From: Deltaproteobacteria bacterium
GTDB lineage: Bacteria; Desulfobacterota; DSM-4660; Desulfatiglandales; HGW-15
Length of the DNA stretch: 64,000 bases
Direction: 5' to 3'
NCBI GenBank assembly: GCA_016931115.1
Contig: JAFGFM010000144.1
Coordinates: 303 to 64,302 of the forward strand
Position 1 is the first letter of the stretch. Every line of letters begins with the position of its first letter. Both the position numbers and the translations under genes were made by a program. Of this stretch, positions 11,285 through 20,612 are shown piece after piece. Under the pieces are notes generated by a model that made no database searches, was not told the DNA's origin, and saw only the letters and a program-made list of their open reading frames with translations.

Positions 11285-11967
11285 GCCTTGCTAATTACCA
11301 GGTCCATAAAGTCACCTGTTACAATCCATCCCTCCAGGTTACCGGTTTCTAAAATATTTTTAATTTCATCAGGCGTATAGCTTGCAGCGATGGAGGATTT
11401 CCAGTATTTTCCCATGTTGTGAGGTATAAATTTACTTAAGATAGCTACAATCATCCGCCCGAATAGATTCATATCCCTTCTTGAATCATGTATAAATAAT
11501 TTTCCATCTGGTTTTAACACCCTTTTTATCTCATCAAAAACCTTATGCGGGTCAGCCCAGTGATGCAATGAATCGCGGGAAATTACCAGATCTATGGATG
11601 AATTATCAATCTCTTGCATGTTTTCTGCAAACCCGATCTTATATTCGCATCTATCATCAACGGCCTCCTCCTTTGCATTTTTTAAAGCTACCCTGACCAT
11701 ATCTGCTGACGCCTCAACCCCGACCAAAATCAGGTCTCTCCGCTTTTGTAACAAATTGATACCAGCCCATCCCGGGCCAGGACCAATCTCTAATACCCTG
11801 GAATTTATTTGTGGGTCTGTTTTATTGATTACATTTTCAGCAAACCTTATATATTCTTTATGAAGCTGCCTCTTCATAATCTCGCTGTACTGTTCCATGC
11901 TCATTTCATGGCCGTCAACTATAGCCCCACCTTCCGGCACCCTTGCTCTTATTCTACCCATAATCAT
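11281..11967 (-). CDS. Class I SAM-dependent methyltransferase
   Basis: VLEIGPGPG motif I, DLVIS..SLHHW, RVLKPDG. Confidence 0.92.
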   Translation of the reverse strand: MIMGRIRARVPEGGAIVDGHEMSMEQYSEIMKRQLHKEYIRFAENVINKTDPQINSRVLEIGPGPGWAGINLLQKRRDLILVGVEASADMVRVALKNAKEEAVDDRCEYKIGFAENMQEIDNSSIDLVISRDSLHHWADPHKVFDEIKRVLKPDGKLFIHDSRRDMNLFGRMIVAILSKFIPHNMGKYWKSSIAASYTPDEIKNILETGNLEGWIVTGDFMDLVISKA

Positions 11968-12114
11968 TTCCTTTTCTATTCAGATATCAGTTACAGTACA
12001 GTTAACATACAGATTAGCCAATCTGTACAGTGCATTTGTACTGTTGTCATCTATAATTTCCAATAGTCTTTCTTCAAAATTTTCCATAGTTGTATCCCTA
12101 CATATCATAGATAG

Positions 12115-12244
12115 GTAAATTGGGTTAAGAGAACCAACCCAACAACATCCGAATCAATGATTTTCAATAATCGGACTTTTTTTTAAAGGAGTTATTTTTT
12201 TATGCTATTGCCTTAAAAGATATCGGGTTATTAACCCAACTTAC
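12115..12244. repeat. Degenerate inverted REP pair (REPIN-like)
   Basis: GTAA-ATTGGGTT-AAGAGAACC-AACCCAAC at 12115-12143; on the minus strand GTAA-GTTGGGTT-AAT-AACCCGAT at 12244-12222. Confidence 0.65.
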
Positions 12245-13416
12245 ATCTTATTCTTTTTACTATGCACCAGGAGTTCAGAATTCCCAACCCACAATACAAA
12301 ATATGGGTTTTGGGCTCCCTTTCGCATGAGCATAATCAGGAACGGTTTGTTGAAAATATAACTTCTAAAAGAAAGTGAATCGGCAATAAAAACTTCAGAC
12401 TTCAGGACTGCGCCTTTTTCGTCCAGGCGAAAACGTATTGATTGCCCAGCAAGCCCTATACTTGTACCATTGATTTTTTCATTCGCACTTTGAATTGGCT
12501 GATTATACAGCTCATGATATCTGCGAAGGATGTCAAAGTTCAGGACAGGGATAATTAGATCTTCTGAATGACGCATTTGAGAAGGTTCTCCGGTTTCAAT
12601 TCGTGTTTCAACCATTTTTACTGTGTTTGCAAGCGAATCACGTGGCGATACCTTGGCCAGTAGTATTCTATCCTCCTCTGCTTCAGGCTTGAGTTCAATG
12701 ATCATATTGTCATTATCCTTATAATAGAGCACGTTCACCTGTCTCGCCAATTCCACTTCATCATTTTGAAATTGTCTAATCCCAAATGAATCCACATAAT
12801 CCCCGTCAAAATTTAATTCACCATGAAAGCGGGTGAATGCCTTTTTGAATGGCAACTCCTTGAAAAGATATGCATAGATCACCCATGTCATCTGTGATGT
12901 TGATGCGTTATTCAATAAAGCAGGAACTGCCAGTCCATTAAATTTTAATTTTAACTGTTCCCGGATTTTATCTATAATTCCCTCATTTTTCAGGCCTGCC
13001 ATGGCCACATAACACTCTTCATTCAGATCGTTTTTTGAGGCCCCTTTCTTGTTAAATATCCTAACCATATGAGAGCGGGATTTTATCTCTATAGGGCTGC
13101 CTGTCAATTCGCCTAGTTCATTCCATGCCAACTGGAACGTGCTGCACCATAAAATGTTGGTACCCGAAATAATTTTTTGTTCCATATGGGGTGTAACAAT
13201 TGTGCGCTTCAGTTGTTCCGCATCTACTTTAAGGTCGGGAACGCCTGCTATCTCGTCATGAGTTTTTAACTCTTGCGTCGGTGCGGGTAAAGTAATGAAT
13301 AACATTATTACCAAAACAGCCAAAATTGAAAAGAGGTATTGATGCCTTTGCATAATATGCCCTATGAACAAATTAGTTTTCATATAATAACTACTTGTCT
13401 TCTGATATTTTGCCAA
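12241..13416 (-). CDS. Secreted protein with divergent serpin-like C-terminus
   Basis: Signal peptide after probable start 13353; FRLDEKG hinge-like and FNKPFLIML serpin-signature-like motifs. Confidence 0.55.
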   Translation of the reverse strand: MAKYQKTSSYYMKTNLFIGHIMQRHQYLFSILAVLVIMLFITLPAPTQELKTHDEIAGVPDLKVDAEQLKRTIVTPHMEQKIISGTNILWCSTFQLAWNELGELTGSPIEIKSRSHMVRIFNKKGASKNDLNEECYVAMAGLKNEGIIDKIREQLKLKFNGLAVPALLNNASTSQMTWVIYAYLFKELPFKKAFTRFHGELNFDGDYVDSFGIRQFQNDEVELARQVNVLYYKDNDNMIIELKPEAEEDRILLAKVSPRDSLANTVKMVETRIETGEPSQMRHSEDLIIPVLNFDILRRYHELYNQPIQSANEKINGTSIGLAGQSIRFRLDEKGAVLKSEVFIADSLSFRSYIFNKPFLIMLMRKGAQNPYFVLWVGNSELLVHSKKNKM

Positions 13417-13558
13417 CAGTTTGAAACAATCCTTGTGACTGAAATATAGCTTAAAAAGACTTTTTACTTCTATAAATGATTGTCTTGCGATAGGACATAA
13501 TAGATTTATGGAATTACCCTGTCAATCTTATAACCTCGTCATTATAAATAGGTAGAAG

Positions 13559-13595
13559 GTAGGATGGGTTAAGCGAAGCAACCCATCTTCATGCT
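13559..13595 (+). repeat. GTAG-type REP copy 2
   Basis: Identical to copy 1 over 37 nt; a 10-nt inverted partner TGAAGATGGG lies at 13630-13639. Confidence 0.85.
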
Positions 13596-13655
13596 TGTTT
13601 GCCTTGAAAAGAAAACATGGTATACACACTGAAGATGGGATGGGGGATAAGGGTT

Positions 13656-14240
13656 ATGAAGATAAAAAATATTTGCGTAAACTGCGGTTCAAATACAGGT
13701 ACCAGGCATGAATATCTAAAGGCCGCTATTGATCTTGGAAGATATCTTGCAAAAAACAGTATCGGGATTGTCTATGGCGGGGCAGGGGTGGGGCTTATGG
13801 GGGCACTGGCTTCATCCGCCTTACAGAACAATGGAAAGGTTATTGGTGTAATACCTGAATCATTTGCGGATAGGGTTGCACACAACAATCTGACTGAACT
13901 CCATATTGTTTCAACCATGCATGAACGAAAGACAATGATGTTTGATCTCTCAGATGGCTTTATCGCGCTGCCCGGAGGTATGGGCACCATTGAGGAGATA
14001 TTTGAGGTTCTGACATGGGCGCAACTGGGGTATCATGCAAAACCCTGCGGCATCCTCAATATATGCGGGTACTATGACAGTATGCTCGCATTTCTTAAAA
14101 ATGCTGTGGATCAGCAGTTTGTAAGAAAAGAACATAAAGATATGCTGCTTATTGATGTTGACCCGGAGAGTTTATTAACAAGGTTTAATAATTATGACGT
14201 TGTTCCTATAGAAAAATGGATTGATATACAGGAGAGGTAG
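13656..14240 (+). CDS. LOG family nucleotide monophosphate phosphoribohydrolase (TIGR00730-like)
   Basis: VNCGS, YGG..GLMG, MHERK, LPGGMGTIEE motif. Confidence 0.95.
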   Translation: MKIKNICVNCGSNTGTRHEYLKAAIDLGRYLAKNSIGIVYGGAGVGLMGALASSALQNNGKVIGVIPESFADRVAHNNLTELHIVSTMHERKTMMFDLSDGFIALPGGMGTIEEIFEVLTWAQLGYHAKPCGILNICGYYDSMLAFLKNAVDQQFVRKEHKDMLLIDVDPESLLTRFNNYDVVPIEKWIDIQER

Positions 14241-14265
14241 GATGGGTTAAGCGAAGCAACCCATC
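14237..14265 (+). repeat. GTAG-type REP copy 3
   Basis: Identical 29-nt core; its TAG is the stop codon of the LOG gene. Confidence 0.85.
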
Positions 14266-14278
14266 TATTCCTAAATAC

Positions 14279-14554
14279 CTACGCCACTTCAAGACGCAGT
14301 TCCCTGCCTAATGCCTGGGCGTAATTCACCAGAGTGGACAGGCGTATATCTTCCGAATGGTTTTCGATCCGCGAAATCGCGGATTTTTTTGTATTTAGTT
14401 TTTCAGCCACCTGCTCCTGAGTGTACCCGGCCTCAAGCCTTGCCTGTTTCAGAAGAACCCCAATTTTAAATTGCTCATATCCTTTATCAAAATTTTTGTT
14501 GAACCCGGGGCTTTTCTTTTTTCTTTTGTCTATATATTTATCAAAATCATCCAT
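14279..14554 (-). CDS. XRE-family HTH antitoxin (HigA-like)
   Basis: [31 protein letters not shown]; directly downstream of a RelE-like toxin. Confidence 0.9.
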   Translation of the reverse strand: MDDFDKYIDKRKKKSPGFNKNFDKGYEQFKIGVLLKQARLEAGYTQEQVAEKLNTKKSAISRIENHSEDIRLSTLVNYAQALGRELRLEVA

Positions 14555-14556
14555 TT

Positions 14557-14901
14557 TTACCTCCTGCTTAAAAAATCTTTTTTTCTTTTTTCCGCTAACC
14601 TGATCTCATTCGCCGGAGTCTTCTGACTCTTTTTTTGGAATGAATTTGTCAGTATGATCAATTCTTTTCCATGGAAAAATCCCAGCAAACGAAATGTATC
14701 TTTCCCGGCATCAACCCTGATTTCCCAAATATCCTCTGTATTTATAAGCTTCTTAAAATATTTTGATGGAACCACATCAAGTTCTCTAACCAATTTTAAA
14801 ACCCAGGCTATTTTGGTTACCTGATTATCTGTTAAACTATCCAAGTATCCTTCAACAGGACATTTTCCAGATGAGGTTTTATAGAAAGAGATTGTTTTCA
14901 T
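14557..14901 (-). CDS. RelE/HigB-family toxin (Gp49/DUF891-like)
   Basis: FYKT..GKCPV..L, IWEIRV, FRLL.F, F.KKSQKTP..EI..A pattern; toxin-first order. Confidence 0.9.
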   Translation of the reverse strand: MKTISFYKTSSGKCPVEGYLDSLTDNQVTKIAWVLKLVRELDVVPSKYFKKLINTEDIWEIRVDAGKDTFRLLGFFHGKELIILTNSFQKKSQKTPANEIRLAEKRKKDFLSRR

Positions 14902-14909
14902 GAATAAAA

Positions 14910-14936
14910 GGTAAACAAATATGTGAACATTGTCAA
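14910..14936 (-). promoter_or_regulatory. TA promoter with imperfect palindromic operator
   Basis: Minus strand TTGACA followed by GTTCACATATTTGTTTAC (imperfect palindrome) just before the toxin ATG. Confidence 0.5.
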
Positions 14937-14974
14937 GATTCTAAAACAGAGATCTGGGCGTCGTCTGAAAATTG

Positions 14975-15013
14975 TCTTTGGGCCAGGATACGCAGTATGT
15001 ACCCTGGCTCAAA
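14975..15013 (-). terminator. Hairpin downstream of GH3 gene
   Basis: TTTGGGCCAGG...CCTGGCTCAAA stem. Confidence 0.5.
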
Positions 15014-15021
15014 ACATTATT

Positions 15022-16923
15022 TTAGTTGTAACTCAGCCCAAACCCTATCGGAAATAGCGGGTTATATTTTTCCTTTGGCATATTGATGTTCATTGGAAGC
15101 TCTGCATTTGATCTTGGCCATGAGAAAGAGAGCTTTCCTGTTGGATTAAAGTCGCCGAACAGCACATCTGTAATCCCCTGCCCCTCAGTGCCGGGTAAAA
15201 ATGCTGCAACAATGGCATCTGCCTGCGGGAGTATATCATTAACAATCATTGGTCTGCCTGAGATCACAATCACCACCACAGGTATCCCTGCATTTTTAAG
15301 GTTGTTAATGGTTGCGATATCCTGAGCATCAAGAGAGAGGTCTTCTTTATCGCCAACACCCTCAGCATATGGCTCTTCACCTACAACAGCAATACCAAAG
15401 GCTGCACCCTCTGCGCCTGTTCCATCAAGGGAGTATGTCACCTCAGTTTCTTTCGAGACCGCCTGCTTAACAGCAGAAAGCACGGTTGTGCCGCCAGGTG
15501 TAACATCCCCTGTCTGCCCCTGCCAGCGGATGGTCCATCCGCCGCACTGGTTACCTATGTTATCTGCGTTCTTTCCTGCCACATGAATCCTTGCGCCTGT
15601 TTTAGAGAGGGGCAGCATCTTGTTATCATTTTTTAAAAGCACCACTGATTTACGCACCGCCTCCCTTGCAACAGCACGGTGTTCAGGTGACCCAAATTCA
15701 TTGTGTAATGCCCTGTCAGCCTTATGGGTTTTTGATTCATCCATAAGCCCCATTGCAAGTTTTACCCTTAAGATACGGGTAACAGCATCATCTATACGCG
15801 CCACAGGCACGCTTCCCTCTTCGACAAGGGTTTTAAGTGTATCGAAAAATTCACGATACCCTCCCGGCTCCATTGCCATGTCCATACCCGCATTAATAGA
15901 TATCATGATGGATTCCTTAATGTTCATGGGGTTTATCTGGCGTATCGCATTATAGTCAGAGATCAGGAAGCCGTCAAATCCCAACTCCTCCTTGAGTATC
16001 TCAGTTAGGAGCCGTTTACTGCCAGAACAACGCTCCCCATTCCATGTGCTGTATGAGGGCATGATAGTGCCCACACCCGCCTCTATGGCTGTTATATAAC
16101 CGGGGAGATGTATACGGCGCAGGGTGGCCTCATCCACCTTTGTATCCCCCTGATCAAGCCACATGCGGACTATATCGCCACCGGGGAAACCGGGCCTGGG
16201 CGCCTTTGTTGCCTCTGTACCGCCATCACCCGCATAATGCTTGGCGCAGGCAACAACAGAGAGGGGATCAGATAGATCAGTGCCCTGAAGCCCCATGACC
16301 ATAGCCTTTCCAAGCACCTTTACTATTTCGGGGTCTTCGGAAAAGCCTTCATATGTGCGGCCCCACCTGATATCCTGTGGAACTGTTACCGCAGGGGCAA
16401 ATGTCCAGTGGATGCCTGTGGCACGCATCTCTTTAGCGGTTATCCTGCCGATCCTTTCCACAAGCTCAGGGTCACGTGTGCAGCCTAAAGCAATATTATG
16501 GGGGAACATGACCGCCCCAAGCACATTGCTGTGGCCGTGAACCGCATCTATCCCATAAAGGGCAGGTATCATAAGCCTTGTCTTTAATGCCTCTTCCTGC
16601 ACCCTGTCATAGAGATTGGTCCATTCTATAAGGCTGTTATCCTTGGTCGGGTCTGAATCACCGCCGCTCAGGACAGATCCAATAAAATATTTCTGCATGT
16701 CACCCGCATTACCGAGCACCTTGTCCTGCTCAGGCTGGGTCATCTGGCCTATCTTTTCATCAAGGGTCATTTGACTTAGGATCTCTTTTGCCTTTGCATC
16801 AAAGGCCTTAAAGCCTTTAATGGCTTGCGCCTGTTCGGGTACTTGAGACTGACATGATACAAATAGTAAAGATATGAGAATTAAACATAATAATGATAAA
16901 TGACTTATTCCTGCCTTTTTCAT
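15022..16923 (-). CDS. Glycoside hydrolase family 3 beta-glucosidase, lipoprotein
   Basis: [31 protein letters not shown] nucleophile, GEEPYAEG; lipobox LFVSC. Confidence 0.93.
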   Translation of the reverse strand: MKKAGISHLSLLCLILISLLFVSCQSQVPEQAQAIKGFKAFDAKAKEILSQMTLDEKIGQMTQPEQDKVLGNAGDMQKYFIGSVLSGGDSDPTKDNSLIEWTNLYDRVQEEALKTRLMIPALYGIDAVHGHSNVLGAVMFPHNIALGCTRDPELVERIGRITAKEMRATGIHWTFAPAVTVPQDIRWGRTYEGFSEDPEIVKVLGKAMVMGLQGTDLSDPLSVVACAKHYAGDGGTEATKAPRPGFPGGDIVRMWLDQGDTKVDEATLRRIHLPGYITAIEAGVGTIMPSYSTWNGERCSGSKRLLTEILKEELGFDGFLISDYNAIRQINPMNIKESIMISINAGMDMAMEPGGYREFFDTLKTLVEEGSVPVARIDDAVTRILRVKLAMGLMDESKTHKADRALHNEFGSPEHRAVAREAVRKSVVLLKNDNKMLPLSKTGARIHVAGKNADNIGNQCGGWTIRWQGQTGDVTPGGTTVLSAVKQAVSKETEVTYSLDGTGAEGAAFGIAVVGEEPYAEGVGDKEDLSLDAQDIATINNLKNAGIPVVVIVISGRPMIVNDILPQADAIVAAFLPGTEGQGITDVLFGDFNPTGKLSFSWPRSNAELPMNINMPKEKYNPLFPIGFGLSYN

Positions 16924-17200
16924 TTTGCCACTCCTTAAGGTTTTATAAAATTTGTTGGAATTGGCGCATATTACAAAAGCCGCCTTATCTTTACAACACT
17001 TTTAGTTATGCACCTGATCCTCTTTACTTTTTAAGATTATTCAGCTATTTATAAGCGGATTTTTGTGGTATGTCTGATGTTTAAAGGAAGGTATCAGAGG
17101 TATCAGTGTGTCAATGAGGTTATGTTGCACTAAAGGAAAAGGCTTTATACTCCAGCATGTTCAGATTTATCTGGGTCTTCAATTCAGCCTTTAGTACAAA

Positions 17201-17225
17201 TGGATTCCCGCCTTCGCGGGAATGA
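17201..17225. repeat. ATTCCC-N8-GGGAAT palindromic repeat (dRS3-like)
   Basis: TGGATTCCCGCCTTCGCGGGAATGA; related copies at 51069-51151. Confidence 0.8.
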
Positions 17226-17297
17226 TGAATGCCGGTCTATGATTTGATCACTTAAGAATACCTTCAATAACAGATATAAATTCTATTGGAGGCAGTT

Positions 17298-18656
17298 ATG
17301 TCTATAAATTCCCTGTCCCCCCTTGACGGGCGTTACAGTAAAAATATTGACCCCCTTAAACCATATTTTAGCGAATGGGGGCTGATCAAATACCGCATAC
17401 ATGTTGAAATAGAATGGCTCATCATGATGTCTGAAGAGCCTGGCATTACTCATGTGAGGGGGCTGACTGATGGGGAAAAGGCGGCTTTACGAAAAATAGT
17501 CGCCGCCTTTGATGAAGAAGAGGCAAATATCGTTAAAAATATTGAGGATGAGACAAGGCATGATGTAAAGGCAGTTGAATACTATATTAAAAAGAAGATA
17601 AAAGGTTCTTCCATTGACGATCTCTCAGAGTCCATCCATTTCTGCTGCACATCAGAGGATATTAATAACCTAGCACACGCCCTCATGCTTAAGCATGGCA
17701 TAAATAATGAATGGCTTCCTGCTGCTGAGGATATGATTAAAAGACTCTGCACCATAGCCGAAGAAGCCATTGATATCCCCATGCTTGCACGGACACACGG
17801 CCAGGCGGCCACACCCACAACGGCAGGTAAGGAGTTGGCGGTATTTATATACAGGTGGAAAAGGCAGCTAAGCCAGATCAGAAATATGGAGTACCTTGGC
17901 AAATTCAATGGCGCTGTTGGATGTTACAATGCCCATTGTGCAGCATACCCTGATATCCAGTGGGAGGATATTTCAAGAAAATTGGTTGAGAGGCTGGGTC
18001 TCAGGTTTAATCCCCTTACAACCCAGATAGAGTCACATGATTATATGGCAGAGCTGTTTCATGCCCTGATAAGGTTCAACAATATCCTTATGGATTTTGA
18101 CAGGGATATGTGGGCATATATCTCCCTGGGCTATTTCAGGCAGAAGGTGGTAAGCACAGAGGTAGGTTCATCGGTTATGCCACACAAGGTAAACCCCATA
18201 GACTTTGAAAACTCAGAGGCGAACATCGGCATCAGTAACGCACTACTTGAACACCTTGCCTCTAAACTCCCCATATCAAGGCTTCAGAGGGATTTAACCG
18301 ATTCATCCGCCATAAGAAATGCAGGGAGTGCAATAGGGCACTCTTACCTTGCCATAAAGTCCTCCATAAGGGGTATTGGCCGTGTATCTGTTGAAAGGGA
18401 TGCGATAAATAGCGATCTTACCGATGCATGGGAGGTGCTGGCAGAACCGGTACAGACGGTAATGCGAAAGGCAGGCATAGAAAACCCCTATGAAAGGATG
18501 AAGGCACTTTCAAGGGGAAAGAAGATCACACAGGATGACCTTCATGCATTTATCAATTCACTTGCGCTCCCCCAGGAGGATAAAAACAGGCTGTTAACCC
18601 TTACGCCTGTGACCTATACAGGGATCGCTGGTAGCCTAATAAAACATATCAAATAG
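17298..18656 (+). CDS. purB: Adenylosuccinate lyase (E. coli-type)
   Basis: SPLDGRY, HDVKAVEY, TSEDINN, RTHGQ, GSSVMPHKVNPIDFENSE, SRLQRDLTDS; GGAGG RBS before ATG 17298. Confidence 0.95.
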   Translation: MSINSLSPLDGRYSKNIDPLKPYFSEWGLIKYRIHVEIEWLIMMSEEPGITHVRGLTDGEKAALRKIVAAFDEEEANIVKNIEDETRHDVKAVEYYIKKKIKGSSIDDLSESIHFCCTSEDINNLAHALMLKHGINNEWLPAAEDMIKRLCTIAEEAIDIPMLARTHGQAATPTTAGKELAVFIYRWKRQLSQIRNMEYLGKFNGAVGCYNAHCAAYPDIQWEDISRKLVERLGLRFNPLTTQIESHDYMAELFHALIRFNNILMDFDRDMWAYISLGYFRQKVVSTEVGSSVMPHKVNPIDFENSEANIGISNALLEHLASKLPISRLQRDLTDSSAIRNAGSAIGHSYLAIKSSIRGIGRVSVERDAINSDLTDAWEVLAEPVQTVMRKAGIENPYERMKALSRGKKITQDDLHAFINSLALPQEDKNRLLTLTPVTYTGIAGSLIKHIK

Positions 18657-18673
18657 AGATACAAAAGAGACAA

Positions 18674-19975
18674 ATGAAAGATTTATTATTTATACTCCCA
18701 GGGGATGAGGAGAGACTTAAGAGGAGGCTTGCGCCAAGGAAACGCCTTTTAAACAGCGCCCTTGTCTCTGATATCTCTGCATTGTTCAAAGAGGTCGAAT
18801 CCTCTGGTGATAAGGCAGTCAGGGATGCTACTGAAAGATTTGACAGGATAAAGGTAGAAGAGATCCGGGTGGCTGATGCATATATTGAAAGATGCCTTAA
18901 TGACCTTACTCCCAAATTCAGAAAGGCGGTTGAAAAGGCAATCAACAACATCAGGGAGGTAAACGAGGCATTGATGCCAAAGGCTCACTGGCAAAAAGAG
19001 ATACGGCCCGGCACAATAATAGGTGAAAAGATCAGCCCCCTTGATTCAGTTGGGCTTTACATACCGGCCAGGAAAGGCTCCCTCATATCAACCGCCCTTA
19101 TGCTGGTTACCTCTGCAAGGGTGGCAGGTGTAAAAAATATTGTGGTGGCCATGCCGCCACAGGAAGATGGAAAGGCAAACCGGTCAACGGTGGCAGCAGC
19201 CAAAATGGCAGGTGCTCACAGGGTAGTTATAGGTAATGGTGTGGCCCTGCTTGCAGGCATGACATTTGGCACTGAATCCATACCTGAGGTGGCAGGCATG
19301 TTCGGCCCTGGCCCGGCAGGTATAGCAGCGGCCATGAGTGTCGCATTCTCATATGGTAAAAAGGCAGTCGTGGGCATTGGCCCGACTGACTGCGCGATTA
19401 TAGCAGACGAGAGCGCAGACCCAGGGTGGCTCGCTAAAAACCTCATGTGCGAGGCAGAGCATGGGCCGGATTCATCCGTACTCCTTGCTACCACCTCAAT
19501 GGCCATTGCAGAAGGGGTTGCAAAGGGGCTTATCCAGCGTATTGCACTTGCGCCTGTAACAAGGCGGCCTATTCTGGAAAGGGTGTTCGGGCCGGATGGC
19601 ATGGGCGCAATAGCAGTGGTTCAGGATATACATAGTGCAATAAGAGCGGTGGATGAATATGCGCCTGAGCATCTCCTGCTTGCCTGTAAAAAGGAGATAG
19701 AGGAGGAGGTCCTCTCACAGGTGCATAATGCAGGCGAGATACTCATTGGGCACAACACCTCCTTTTCTGCTGCCAACTATGCCATAGGGATTACTGCGGT
19801 TCTTCCCACAAATGGATTTGCAAGGGCTTTCAGCGGCATTACATGCAGGGACATGATCAAGACCTCTACAATAGGTGGGCTCTCAGCGGAAGCGCTCCAT
19901 GACCTGGAAGAGACCATCCGGGCACTTGGTGAAGAGGAGGGATTGCCATGTCATGTGGAGGCGGCTTTCAAATAG
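18674..19975 (+). CDS. Histidinol dehydrogenase-family paralogue (divergent)
   Basis: SVGLYIP, EAEHG, APEHL, NAGEILIG, VLPTNG.AR, EEGLPCH; several canonical motifs altered. Confidence 0.8.
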   Translation: MKDLLFILPGDEERLKRRLAPRKRLLNSALVSDISALFKEVESSGDKAVRDATERFDRIKVEEIRVADAYIERCLNDLTPKFRKAVEKAINNIREVNEALMPKAHWQKEIRPGTIIGEKISPLDSVGLYIPARKGSLISTALMLVTSARVAGVKNIVVAMPPQEDGKANRSTVAAAKMAGAHRVVIGNGVALLAGMTFGTESIPEVAGMFGPGPAGIAAAMSVAFSYGKKAVVGIGPTDCAIIADESADPGWLAKNLMCEAEHGPDSSVLLATTSMAIAEGVAKGLIQRIALAPVTRRPILERVFGPDGMGAIAVVQDIHSAIRAVDEYAPEHLLLACKKEIEEEVLSQVHNAGEILIGHNTSFSAANYAIGITAVLPTNGFARAFSGITCRDMIKTSTIGGLSAEALHDLEETIRALGEEEGLPCHVEAAFK

Positions 19976-19981
19976 TGTTAG

Positions 19982-20051
19982 GCTGAAAGCTCAAAGCTGA
20001 AAGCTCAAAGCTGAAAGCTCAAAGCTCAAAGAGCAAAGAGCAAGGCTGAAG
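19982..20051 (+). repeat. Tandem heptamer array (GCTSAAA) x10
   Basis: gctgaaa gctcaaa gctgaaa gctcaaa gctgaaa gctcaaa gctcaaa gagcaaa gagcaag gctgaag. Confidence 0.9.
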
Positions 20052-20110
20052 GCTTTTATAAGATATCTCTTTTCCGATGCAAAGTTAGTAATGACAGCAG
20101 CGAGGTTCTA

Positions 20111-20575
20111 ATGCAAAACATCCCCCCATGCATGATATATATAGATAAGGATGGCAAGTGGTTTTATAATGGCGCTGAGATGATAAACAGGGCCATTGTC
20201 CTTGATTTTTACAGCCACCTTACAATAGACGATTCAGGCATCTACATCATTAAACGGGGTAATGAAACCTGTTTTGTGGAGGTGGCAGATACCCCATTTA
20301 TTGTGACAAGGGTGGATTTTGAAAAAATGGAAGGAGTAGAAAGGGTTCACCTTTTTCTGATTGATGAGACAGAGGAAACCCTTGCACCGGAAACCTTGAT
20401 TATCGGTAATGAAAATATCCTCTACTGCACTATTAAACAGGGGCTCTTCATGGCCCGCTTCAGCAGGGCTGCATATTACCAGCTCGCATCCCGCATAAAA
20501 GAAGAGGGAGATAAATACTATCTCCCTCTAAATAATAAGAAATACTTAATTTGTGACCATCCGGAAATAGGCTAA
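20111..20575 (+). CDS. DUF1285-like protein
   Basis: IYIDKDGKWFYNG, VEVADTPF, ARFSRAAYYQL. Confidence 0.75.
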   Translation: MQNIPPCMIYIDKDGKWFYNGAEMINRAIVLDFYSHLTIDDSGIYIIKRGNETCFVEVADTPFIVTRVDFEKMEGVERVHLFLIDETEETLAPETLIIGNENILYCTIKQGLFMARFSRAAYYQLASRIKEEGDKYYLPLNNKKYLICDHPEIG

Positions 20576-20612
20576 TCCTGGATGCGGCTTTCAGTCTTCA
20601 GCTTTGACCTTC

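Noticed and set aside
11246-14265. Identical 29-nt repeats as a CRISPR array or attC sites
   Set aside because: Spacing is 0.7-2.3 kb with whole genes between; no cas or intI gene; the GTAG-hairpin structure fits REPs and lacks attC RYYYAAC/GTTRRRY ends.
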